DNA from: Macrostomum lignano
Lineage: Eukaryota
NCBI GenBank assembly: GCA_002269645.1
Contig: NIVC01001194.1
Location: 1-64,000, forward strand
Reading direction: 5' to 3'
DNA: 64,000 bases
In this document: positions 47,311-60,300 of the stretch, piece by piece
Numbering within the stretch: position 1 is the first letter of the stretch
Layout: every line of letters begins with the position of its first letter
Notes under the pieces: model-generated
What the model saw: only the letters and a program-made list of their open reading frames with translations
What the model was told of the DNA's origin: nothing
Databases searched by the model: none
Position numbers and translations under genes: made by a program

Positions 47311-48322
47311 GGCTAAACAATAAACAATTGGTAATATATTCAATAGTAAAATCGCGCAAAAATTTTTCATATTTTCAAACAGATTTATTAATTTACGCCA
47401 AATAGTGCAGGAAAAAATAAATATAGTATTCAAAATCAAATTAATAAATGGTGCAGTGAAGAAACAAAACTGAACTGAAAATCGCACACCACAATACAAA
47501 GTGTTTTCCGTCTAAATCTAGTCACGCTAGGAAACTTCATACAATTTTTTATCTAATTAAATTTGTCAAATGAACACCAATTACAAAAATAAAGTTTTGG
47601 TATTTGCCTCTCCGCTCCCTCATCAATTCTTAACACCCCTGCCTGATATATACTGTATTCATTAATTAACAATACAATTACACACAATAGAAATACACGC
47701 AATTAAACAATATTGAGAAAAGACTATTAAGACTAAAAATCACAGATAATTTCTAACACAGCAATAAACCAGTTGTTGTTGTCTTGAATTGTATGCGAGT
47801 AAACACAAAATAAAAAGCGGATATACAGGGAAAGTTAAAGCTTAAGGAACAATTGATATCATGACAAAAATATTTACTACATGTTTACGGTGTACACTGA
47901 ACTATATTAGCTTAATGACCCTCGATGCATAAATTGCAGTTATAACAAAATTTAGAAGTCAATTACAGCGCAAACAAAACAATTTTATAAGCAAAAATTA
48001 GCTCAGCATAATCATCATACTACTTACGAAACAACACATTTCTATGAGAGTATTAGGTTGTGTTGGTAGCAAAGTTCTATTAGCAAAACCGTAAGGACCA
48101 ACCTCTAAAGCACAGAGTATGCATGTACTAACCGCGACCAAGTTTGCTTAACTTACGTAACCTATCTTTGCTTTAATTTAATAGAATTGCTAGATAGCTA
48201 CTCACACGATTACTACTACTACTCAACAGCAACAATTAATCGAGTAGTATGTATATATATCAAACTAAATATGAATTCAATTAAACAGTTCAATACTAAC
48301 AACAGTAGTTACTTCGGGCATG

Positions 48323-51300
48323 TCAGTATTGAATCCGATTCTGCAGGTACTGGATGGCATCGTACCCGGCCGTGCGCCAGTGCTCGCGGCAGCTGCGCAC
48401 AATTCTTAGGAAATACTGTGCCGCCATTCGCTCGCCGTCGTGAGGAAAGAATCTCTCCCGGAGCTGCTTGATGGTCTGCCCGCGAAAGCAGTCCAGTCCA
48501 GTGTCTAGCATCAGGGACACCAGGGCTACCAGGGACTCCCGGTGCGGTCTGACTGCCAGGAATGCCTGGTTTGAACAAGATTGAATAGTGAGGCTTTAGC
48601 AGGCTTGGCCCTAAGCTGTCTGACCCCCCTAATTAAAGCTCCATGACCCTCTAATTAAAGCTCCATGACTGACTAATTAAAGCTCCATGACCCTCTAATT
48701 AAAGCTCAATGACCCCCTAATTAAAGCTTAATGACCCCCCTAATTAAAGCTCCATGACTGACTAATTAAAGCTCCATGACCCTATAATTAAAGCTCAATG
48801 ACCCCCCTAATTAAAGCTCCATGACCCTATAATTAAAGCTCAATGACCCCCCTAATTAAAGCTCCATGACCCTATAATTAAAGCTCAATGACCCCCCTAA
48901 TTAAAGCTCCATGACCCTATAATTAAAGCTCAATGACCCCCCTAATTAAAGCTCCATGACCCTATAATTAAAGCTCAATGACCCCCCTAATTAAAGCTCC
49001 ATGACTGACTAATTAAAGCTCCATGACCCTCTAATTAAAGCTCAATGACCCCCTAATTAAAGCTTAATGACCCCCCTAATTAAAGCTCCATGACCCTATA
49101 ATTAAAGCTCCATGACTCACTAATTAAAGCTCCATGATTTACTAATAAAAACTCCATGAACTATAAATAAATATTTATGACACATAGCCAAACTAAAGTT
49201 TTATTGCCATGAGGCCCCTAAACATCTATGACCTGGGGTTCCATAAGCCCCTGAATATCTATGACCTAAAATTCCATGAGCCCCTTGAACATCTTTGACC
49301 TGAAGTTTCATGAGCACCTGAACATCTATGACCTGAAGTTTCATGAGCACCTGAACATCTATGACCTGAAGTTGCATGAGCCCCTGAACATCTATGACCT
49401 AAATTTCCATAAACTCACCAATCAAATAGGATTCTTAGCTAGTGAAAGCAGTAGCCCGTACTATAAAATCTTTATTCTTCATCCATATGAATTTACCTGA
49501 ACGCAAAGCTCTTCAAACCACTTGTAGCTCTCGCTATCAGTGCCGTTGCCCATGACCATAACCATCTCGTTGGAGATTTTCATCTCCGGCTCGAATCCCA
49601 TGTTACCGCCTGGTGAGGTTTCAAACAGGAATCCGAAATCGATGTGAATCAGATGGCCCTCATCGTCAAGCATGATGTTAGCATTGTGCCTGTCTTTAAT
49701 ATTAAGAATGTAGCACACTACTGAGTACGCGGCCATGCTAGTGATGAAGTTGCGTCTGGCCGCCTGGAATCTGGGCGTGCTCTCCTCGCCGTAGGTGCTG
49801 ATGAAGTAGTCGTGCAGAGAGGACTCCGTGTTGCGGCCGATCTGATCTCGGGATTTCGAGTTCGGGACGCACCTGGGAAATAGAGAGTTCGGGGTCCGCC
49901 GCGTTGAATATGCTATTGTTCTACAATAGAACTCATAGGATGTGCCATTATTCAAGACTGGGCCCGTGGACCAACTTCGATAGATCATTCATTTAAACAT
50001 AGGGTCATAGCCACGATCGGTCATAACTGTAGGGCCGTAGTAATGATAGACAACTATTTAAAGCTGTCATTATGATTGGTCATTGTCTAGGGTTATGATT
50101 AGGATTGGTCATTGTCTAGGGTCATGATTAGGATTGGTCATTGTCTAGGGTCATGATTAGGATTGGTCATTGTCTGGGGCCATGATTAAGATTGGTCATT
50201 GTCTAGGGTCATGATTAGGATTGGTCATTATCTAGGGTCATGATTAGGATTGGTCATTGTCTAGGTCATTACTAGGATCGGTCATTATCTAGGGTCATGA
50301 ATCTGATCGGTCATTATCTAGGGTCATGAATCTGATCGGTCATTATCTAGGGTCATAAAACTGATCGGTCATTGTCTAGGGTCATGATTAGGATTGGTCA
50401 TTGTCTGGGGCCATGATTAAGATTGGTCATTGTCTAGGGTCCTGATTAGGATTGGTCATTATCTAGGGTCATGATTAGGATTGGTCATTGTCTAGGGTCA
50501 TTACTAGGATTGGTCATTATCTAGGGTCATGAATCTGATCGGTCATTATCTAAGGGTCATGAATCTGATCGGTCATTATCTAGGGTCATGAATCTATGCA
50601 ACCGCTAACAAGCCAACCATGTCACAGGCACTATCTGCAACCCAGTAAGTCATATCATCCATTGCCCAAGCAGAGGGGAACTCACTCGATAACTCCGCAT
50701 CCAGGATTAGTAGCCACCACCTTATACGGATACAAGAACAGATCCAACCCAATCTGGCGGTAGATATTCTGAAACAATCCGATAACTTGCAACGCCAGGA
50801 TGTCTTGTCGAACATCGTCGCCAACTTTGAAGATGCAGGCCATCATTGGATCTGGCTGAGCAGTCGACTCTCTCGCCTGCAGATCGGACTCCGAAGTCAG
50901 GGCCAATCGCTCGACATTTCGAATGCCGATTCTTCGAACTCGAAATCTGGCCAGAAACGGAGCTTTAGCGGCGCTCTGCATCGGAATGCCGGATGAGTAG
51001 TCGATCTCCGTCACTAACGCGTCGGGATTCGTTGGCAGGTAGCAACCGGTTCGAAGTTGGACGTCGCGGAGAGCTCGTCGACAAGCTTCCCGACGGCGTT
51101 CGCCTTTCTCGTAGTCTTTGATGATGGCGGAGATGTTGGTGACCTCGTGGAAGAAATCGAACTCGCGATCGTAGAAACTTCTGAAGGAAATCAGATGGTT
51201 AATATTGACAGCATTAAAAGTGATTTGCCCAATATGTATTGAAGAAAATATAACAAATGGAACATCGATCTATCAATAGATACTACTGTACTTTGCCGAT

Positions 51301-54300
51301 ATGTATTGAATGAAACAACTAGTGGGGCATTGAAACACGGATGGATAGTTTGCCGATATGTATCGAATGAAACATAACTAATGGGCATTAAATTACTGAT
51401 GGACAGTTTGTCGATATGTATCTAAAGTTATTAAACCTAAAGTCACCAGAAGGAATTACGGGGAGTTTTTATGTAGCCGATATGTATCTTTAACTTTCAA
51501 AAATCCTCACCTAGAATTGCCGTCCAACTGTCCAACAATATGATCCATCAGTTTTAACAGAGTAGACCCAATCGCCGGATCGATAACTTTGCCCTCATCG
51601 TCTTTGTAGGCGTTGGTCTGCATATTCCACAACAACTGATGGGCGCACAGCTGAGATCGCTTGGCCAAGTTGAGAATGAACTCAGTCATGTAGCCCATCT
51701 GATCGTAGCGAACTGCCTGCACCAGCTGGGGAATGTAGAATATCATCGCCTCGGGCGGGTAGGAAGCCAGGGTGCGCACCGCGTACTGATGAGTCAGCGG
51801 GTGGGCGGCGTACATTCGGCTGAAGAAGGCCAGGGCGTCCACTGGGCTTACCGGCGCCCAGGTGAGCATATGGGTGAGTTCAGGTACGTCATTATCTACG
51901 TTGCTAGGCGTGGCCAGGAATTGGAGCGCCTCAGGCACGCTGTTCACGTAGTCCGGGTTGCAGCGGACCAGCCGGCACACCTGGCGAGGGCGGGTTTGGG
52001 ATTATTAGCTAGAAGTGATAGTCAAATCCCTAATAATTAGAAATGGTACATATTCCTAATTAGAAATGGCACATATCCCTAATTAGAAATGGCACATATC
52101 TCTAATTAGAAATGGCACATATCCCTAATTAGAAATGGCACATATCTCTAATTAGAAATGGCACATATCCCTAATTAGAAATGGCACATATCCCTAATTA
52201 GAAATGGTACATATCCCTAATTAGAAATGGTACATATCCCTAATTAGAAATGGTACATATCCCTAATTAGAAATGGTACATATCCCTAATTAGAAATTGC
52301 ACATATCTCTAATTAGAAATGGCACATATCCCTAATTAGAAATGGCACATATCCCTAATAATTAGAAATGGCACATATCCCTAATTAGAAATGGTACATA
52401 TCCCTAATTAAAAATGGCACACATCACTAATTAAAAAGGGAACACAATCATAAATCAGCAACCGCATACCTCCGTAAGCAGCTCATTAGAGTTGGGAAAC
52501 CGCAGCGGAAGGAACACGGCAAGCACAGGGTTGACCCGCCAAGCAAGGCCAGCGTAGGCTCGCAGTTCCTTCTGTTTCAAAGTCTGCTTGGACAAGAAAT
52601 CGTTTAGCTTGGCCTCCTTATCGGCGGGGAAGGCTTGATCCTGCCGAGCGATGGGGTTGCACCAGGTGATGAGGCGCTCGAGCTCGTTAGTAACTAACAG
52701 CAGAATCAGCTGACGCCGTCTTAGATACTCCTTAGTAACGGTGTTAGAAGATGGGGCGCCGATGCCGGCGGTGGACGCCGCGCCGGAAATGCCGCCGCCG
52801 CCTCCGACGCCGCTTCCGGCGCCCAAAGTTGCAGAACCGTCGCGCACAACGCCCAGTCGCTGATGGCCGCTGGCGCTGCTGCCGGCGCCCACCCTGCCAA
52901 GCGTCGACGACGCAGCGCCTGAAATGGTCGCCGAAGTTCCAGTCGCTGCAGCCAAGGACGGCGAGGTGGACATCGAATGGCCGTGATGATGATGCTGCTG
53001 ATGCTGACTGACATTCATCGTTGAAGCCGACGAAGCGACGGTAGCCGCTGCCGTCGCCAGTCGATCGTCGAATCGATGCACCGTCGCCGTGGCGTCGAAC
53101 CGACCAGAGGCGGCGCGGCCGCTGCCAATGGCACTGCCGCCGCTGCCAGAGCCGACGCCGACACCGCCGGCGCCGCCAGCGTGAAGAGTCAGCGCTGTCA
53201 TGGCCTGGCTTTCCAGGCCGCCCTCCAGCGACTTCTTCTCCACCTGGTTTGGTTGAAGCATTTCTGTATGAGTCTCAGGGTCGACTATTTATTTGAGAAT
53301 ATGAAGGGCGATTTTAGGGAGACTTCAAAAGCGATTTTTGGGGGATCTTTAGAAGCGATTTTTTTGAAGATCTCAAGGGCGACTTTGAAGGATCTGAAAG
53401 GCAATTTTTCGGGAATCGCAAACGTGATTTTGGGGGATTTCAAGGGCGATTTTAAGTGATTTCAGGGGCGATTACTGGGTATTTCAAGGGGCGATTTTTT
53501 GGAATTTTAAGGCCTTTCTTAGGGGATTTCAGGGGCGATTACTGGGGATTTTGAGGGGCGATTTTTTGGATTTCTCAGGGGCAATATATCTGAGAATTTC
53601 AATGACGATTATAAGGGGGTTTCAATAACGACTTTTAGAAAAGTTTAGGGGCGTTCTTAAGGATTTTAAAAAGCGGTTATTGGAAACCTAGAGGGCGATT
53701 TTCGGAATCTCAAACGTTATTTTCGAGGATCCCAAGGCGATTCTTAATTAGAATATTTACCAAGGGAATGTAGTGAATTGAACTTACAAGCATATTCTCA
53801 AAGAAGTCAATCAGAGCCAGCACATCGTTACGCAACTGCCAGCCATACTGAGCCGGGAAACTCGGCCGCCTAGTGAAATGCTTTAATGCGCAGGCGTAGA
53901 CTTTATCCCGCAGCACGGCCTTAGCAACCGGTTGGAGACGGCCGCTAGCCTGTATGACAACCAGGCCCATCCATAGCAGGCGGAACAGCACGCCCGTAGC
54001 GGCGATATGTTTCGAAACAAATGGCAGCGATCTGGTGAGCATATTGGCAACTAGAGACACCCGCTCCGTGCTGATGTACTTGAATGCGGTGAGCTGCTCG
54101 CTGAGGAAGCCAACCCAGATTCTGTGCGGCTCAACATCCGGCACTGGCTGGCTCAGCTGGTAATCCTCGCAGAAGACCAGTGGGGTTGGGTCCGCCTTCG
54201 ACTTGGCAAACAGGCCGATGCGGCGCTCTGCGCTCACCTGTATAAGTTTTGCGATGGTGATTTTTACTACTAAAGCTACTGTGAGTAGTCAATTGCATGG

Positions 54301-57300
54301 CAGATTGCTTAGTAAATTAGATGCCCGAGCACAAATATCTATAGACCAGTCTGACACTTCTAATAAGCAATCTATCTAGATTATTAGAATTATGTTATAC
54401 AAAATCTACACTCAATCTAAAAGCCGCATACATTAATCTATAGATTAGTATGGTAACTCAAAACGGAAGTCTATAGATCAGTCTGGTGACTCATCACGGA
54501 AATCTATAAATCAGTCTAATTAACAAATTACGGAAATCTATAGATCAGTCTGATGACTCATCACAGAAATCTATAGATCAGCCTGATGACTCATCACAGA
54601 AATCTATAGATCAGCCTGATGACTCATCACAGAAATCTATAAATCAGTTTGATTAAGAAATTACGGAAATCAATAGATCAGTCTGATGGCTCATCACAGA
54701 AATCTATATATCTGCCTGATAACTCATCACGGAAATCTATAGATCAGCCTGATGACTCATCACAGAAATCTATAGATCAGCCTGATGACTCATTACAGAA
54801 ATCTATAGATCAGCCTGATGACTCAGCACAGAAATCTATAGATCAGCCTGATGACTCATCACAGAAATCTATAGATCAGCCTGATGACTCATCACAGAAA
54901 TCTATAGATCAGCCTGATGACTCATCACAGAAATCTATAGATCAGCCTGATGACTCATCACGGAAATCTATCGATCAGCCTGATGACTCATCACAGAAAT
55001 CTATAAATCAGTTTGATTAAGAAATTACGGAAATCTATAGATCAGTCTGATGGCTCATCACAGAAATCTATATATCTGCCTGATGACTCATCACAGAAAT
55101 CTATAGACTAGCCTGATGACTCAGCACGGAAATCTATAGACTAGCCTGATAACTCATCACGGAAATATATAGACTGGCCTGATGACTCAGCACGGAAATC
55201 TATAGACTAGCCTGATAACTCATCACGGAAATCTATAGACTAGCCTGATAACTCATCACGGAAATATATAGACTGGCCTGATGACTCAGCACGGAAATCT
55301 ATAGACTAGCCTGATAACTCATCACGGAAATCTATAGACTAGCCTGATAACTCATCACGGAAATCCATAGACTAGCCTGATGACTCAGCACGGAAATCTA
55401 TAGACTAGCCTGATGACTCAGCACGGAAATCTATAGACTAGCCTGATAACTCATCACGGAAATCTATAGACTAGCCTGATAACTCATCACGGAAATCCAT
55501 AGACTAGCCTGATGACTCAGCACGGAAATCTATAGACTAGCCTGATGACTCAGCACGGAAATCTATAGACTAGCTTGATGACTCAGCACGGAAATCTATA
55601 GACTAGCTTGATGACTCAGCACGGAAATCTATAGATCAGCTCCTGACGGCGCGCCTCACCTGAAAAGCGGAGCAACACTCGGTGAAGAGCAGGGAGCTGA
55701 GGTGCGGCTTGGCGGTGATCACCCACAGCCAGCAGGACACGGCAGCGTCGAGTACATCGGAGTTGAACTGCCTCAGCCCCGCCCAGCACAGGTCGTGCAA
55801 TAGCGGCCGGACACATTTGTCCGGAGTGTCCGGGTGAACAATCAGGGCGCAGAGGCGGAACAGGGAGCTGGTGTGATCCGGGCTGGAGAGCAGCTGGTCG
55901 GTCAGTAGGCTCTGCAGCTGGGGCAGGTCTGTCAAGGACCGCATGCCATCTACCGCCCCAAGGCACCTGTTGGGTTAGGTGGATCGGATGGTTAACTTTG
56001 TCAGTGCATGCCAATTGATTTGGTTTGTGAGAATACCATATGTAGGAGTCTTAGTGCCACACCACAGCCCGATTTCACACCACAGCCAGATCCCACACCA
56101 CAGCCCGATCCCACACCACAACCCGATCCCACACCACAGCCCGATCCCACACCACAGCCCGATTTCACACCACAGCCCGATCCCACACCACAGCCCGATC
56201 CCACACCACAGCCCGATCCCACACCACAGCCCGATCCCACACCACAGACCGATCCCACACCACAGCCCGATCACACACCACAGCCCGATCCCACACCACA
56301 GCCCGATCCCACACCACAGCCCGATCCCACACCACAGCCCGATCCCACACCACAGCCTGATCCCACACCCTGGTCCCTGGATCCCATAGCATAAAACACC
56401 CGATTCCATACCCTACAATCAGCGATCCCATACCCTACAATCAGCGATCCCATACCCTACAATCAGCGATCCCATACCCTACAATCAGCGATCCCATACC
56501 CTACAATCAGCGATCCCATACCCTAGAATCAGCGATCCAATACCCTACAATCAGCGGTACCATACCCTACAATCAGCGATCCCATACCCTACAATCAGCG
56601 ATCCAATACCCTACAATCAGCGATCCCATACCCTACAATCAGCGATCTTATACCCTAGAATCAGCGATCCCATACCCTACAATCAGCGATCTTATACCCT
56701 AGAATCAGCGATCCAATACCCTACAATCAGCGATCCCATACCCTACAATCAGCGATCCCATACCCTACAATCAGCGATCCCATACCCTAGAATCAGCGAT
56801 CCAATACCCTACAATCACCGATCCCATACCCTACAATCAGCGATCCCATACCCTACAATCAGCGATCCAATACCCTACAATCAGCGATCCCATACCCTAC
56901 AATCAGCGATCTTATACCCTAGAATCAGCGATCCAATACCCTACAATCACCGATCCCATACCCTACAATCAGCGATCCCATACCCTACAATCAGCGATCC
57001 AATACCCTACAATCAGCGATCCCATACCCTACAATCAGCGATCCAATACCCTACAATCAGCGATCCCATACCCTACAATCAGCGATCTTATACCCTAGAA
57101 TCAGCGATCCAATACCCTACAATCAGCGATCCCATACCCTACAATCAGCGATCTTATACCCTACAATCACCGATTCCATACCTTACAATCAGCGATCCCA
57201 TCCCCTACAATCACCGATTCCATACCCTACAATCAGCGATCCCATACCCTAGAATCAGCGATCCCATACCCTGCAATCACCGATCCCATACCCTACAATC

Positions 57301-60300
57301 AGCGATCCCATACCCTATAATCACCGATCACATACCCCACAACATCCCAATCCCACACTGTAAAAACCAGCACCGCAACCCCACACCCAAACCCCACACG
57401 CACCTGGCCCTGAGCTGCAGTACAGCCACGCAGTTGCTCATATCCCTGCTGATACACCTGGGCAATTCCGAAGTCTCCTGATTGGGCTTCGATTTCGAAT
57501 ACCGGTGATAACCGGCCAGCGCGAGAATCTGCTCGGCAGCGTACGATAAGCCGCAATGCTGGCCCCGGATAGCCTCGGCAACGCTCTGATTATCCAACAG
57601 GTAGTGCACCAGGTGAGACCGAACCAGACCGGGACACCAGGTGGTAGCCTCTCGCAGAATATTACTGCAGTGACCAACAAAATGAGTCACTCGAGTTTTC
57701 CTCTCGCTAAGCCGATCGGCTATCACCAGGGTGAATGGGGTGTTGGGAACGGAGTACACGGGTGCGGCCTCGTTGGGATCGACTTCCAAGGATTGGCTGA
57801 GCAGTTGGCAGATGTTCAAGATGGCCGTTAGAACTTTTCCGCTCCACATGACGTGAGGGAAATTTTTTATTAGCGTAGTCAACTGCTCGTCAGCTTGATT
57901 GCGCACCTTCTGCTTGACGTGGTTGAACATTACCAGCAGGAATTGGGCGTGCGATTCTACCAGGTTGGAGACGGCCACGTGATCCGAGTGGCGCTTCAGG
58001 TGTTGCAGGTATTTTAACCAGATTCGCCGGCTCAGGGCTGCTAGGCAGTTCCACATTGAGGCTGGTAGGATAAAATCAATTATTTTCTATCGATTAGGAG
58101 TTCACTAATTGTTAGGCTAATTGTTTCATTAATTGATTCGCTAATGATTTTCACTAATCAGTTGGCTAATGATTTTCACTAATCAGTTGGCTAATGATTT
58201 TCACTAATTGGTTGGCTAATGATTTTCACTAATCAGTTGGCTAATGATTTTCACTAATTGGTTGGCTAATGATTTTCACTAATCAGTTGGCTAATGATTT
58301 TCACTAATTGGTTGGCTAATGATTTTCACTAATCAGTTGGCTAATGCTTTCACAAATTGATTTTTTTACTGATTTATTTATGAGAAATTACAATTTCTCA
58401 TAAATAACATTCTCATTTATCATTTCTCATTTATCATTTCTCATTTCTCAATATGAGAAAATTATTTTACTGATTTATTTGCTAATGAATTCACTAATTG
58501 ATTTGCTAATTGGTTCACTAATTAATTTGCTAATTAGTTCACTAACGGATTCGCTAATTAATTTACAAATTGATTTGTTAATGAATCCACTTATTGGTTC
58601 GCTAATGATTCCATTAATTGATTTGCTAATGCTTTTATTACTGATTATCTAATTATTTTACTGATTAATTTGCCAACTATTTCACTAATTGATTCCTAAT
58701 GCTTCTACTAATTGATTTCCTAATGGCTTCACTATTTCACTAATCAGTTAGCTAATGATTCCACTGATTGATAAATAACGTACTATTTTTCTCTTTAAGA
58801 AATATTTCATCTTCCAAATAGCGAAACAGTCGAGCAGGTGCGCCCTCGTGACTGGAGTTCAGTATGCTGAAATTGCATTATAAAATTTTTATTTGGCCAA
58901 TTATTAATACGGCAAGGATAATTAGGTGCGAAAACTGAAGTCCTGCATTTAAACTAACCAGAGCAGTTCCAGATTGTACACAGCCAATAGATAGGCCACC
59001 TGAGGCGGGGTCAGCGGCCTGATGTCGTACTCTAACGAAGTCTTGCTAGCGTCCAACAATACAATGATGCGGAGTCGCTGCTTCAACTCTTGATCTTCGG
59101 TCTGAGGAGAATGAGCCAACATTATTGCTAATTGGTTAATTTCTGACTGTAATTAGATTCTATAAATACTATATGGTTAATTACTACTTTAGTGATAATT
59201 GATAAGGACAAAATGATTATTATAAATGGGTTGATATATATAGACAGGCAGTTAAAGATATAGCTCTAATAGGTCTAATAGGTGGACAGTCAGGAAAGTA
59301 TATATATAACTAGCTGGTATTTGGTAAGATAAGATAATGTAGGTAGGTACGTAGATAGGTAGGTAGATAAGGTAGGTGTATGTGCAGATAAGGTAGGTGT
59401 ATGTGTAGATAAGGTAGGTGTATGTGCAGATAAGGTAGGTGTATGTGCAGATAAGGTAGGTGTATGTGCAGATAAGGTAGGTGTATGTGCAGATAAGGTA
59501 GGTGTATGTGTAGATAAGGTAGGTGTATGTGCAGATAAGGTAGGTGTATGTGTAGATAAGGTAGGTGTATGTGCAGATAAGGTAGGTGTATGTGTAGATA
59601 AGGTAGGTGTATGTGTAGATAAGGTAGGTGTATGTGTAGATAAGGTAGGTGTATGTGTAGATAAGGTAGGTGTATGTGCAGATAAGGTAGGTGTATGTGT
59701 AGATAAGGTAGGTGTATGTGCAGATAAGGTAGGTGTATGTGTAGATAAGGTAGGTGTATTTGTAGATAAGGTAGGTGTATTTGTAGATAAGGTAGGTGTA
59801 TGTGCAGATAAGGTAGGTGTATGTGCAGATAAGGTAGGTGTTTGTGCAGATAAGGTAGGTGTATGTGCAGATAAGGTAGGTGTATGTGCAGATAAGGTAG
59901 GTGTATGTGTAGATAAGGTAGGTGTATTTGTAGATAAGGTAGGTGTATGTGTAGATAAGGTAGGTGTATGTGTAGATAAGGTAGGTGTATGTGTAGATAA
60001 GGTAGGTGTATGTGCAGATAAGGTAGGTGTTTGTGCAGATAAGGTAGGTGTATGTGCAGATAAGGTAGGTGTATGTGCAGATAAGGTAGGTGTATTTGTA
60101 GATAAGGTAGGTGTATTTGTAGATAAGGTAGGTGTATTTGTAGATAAGGTAGGTGTATGTGTAGATAAGGTGAGGTGTATGTGTAGATAAGGTAGGTGTA
60201 TGTGTAGATAAGGTAGGTGTATGTGCAGATAAGGTGAGGTGTATGTGTAGATAAGGTAGGTGTATGTGCAGATAAGGTAGGTGTATGTGTAGATAAGGTA

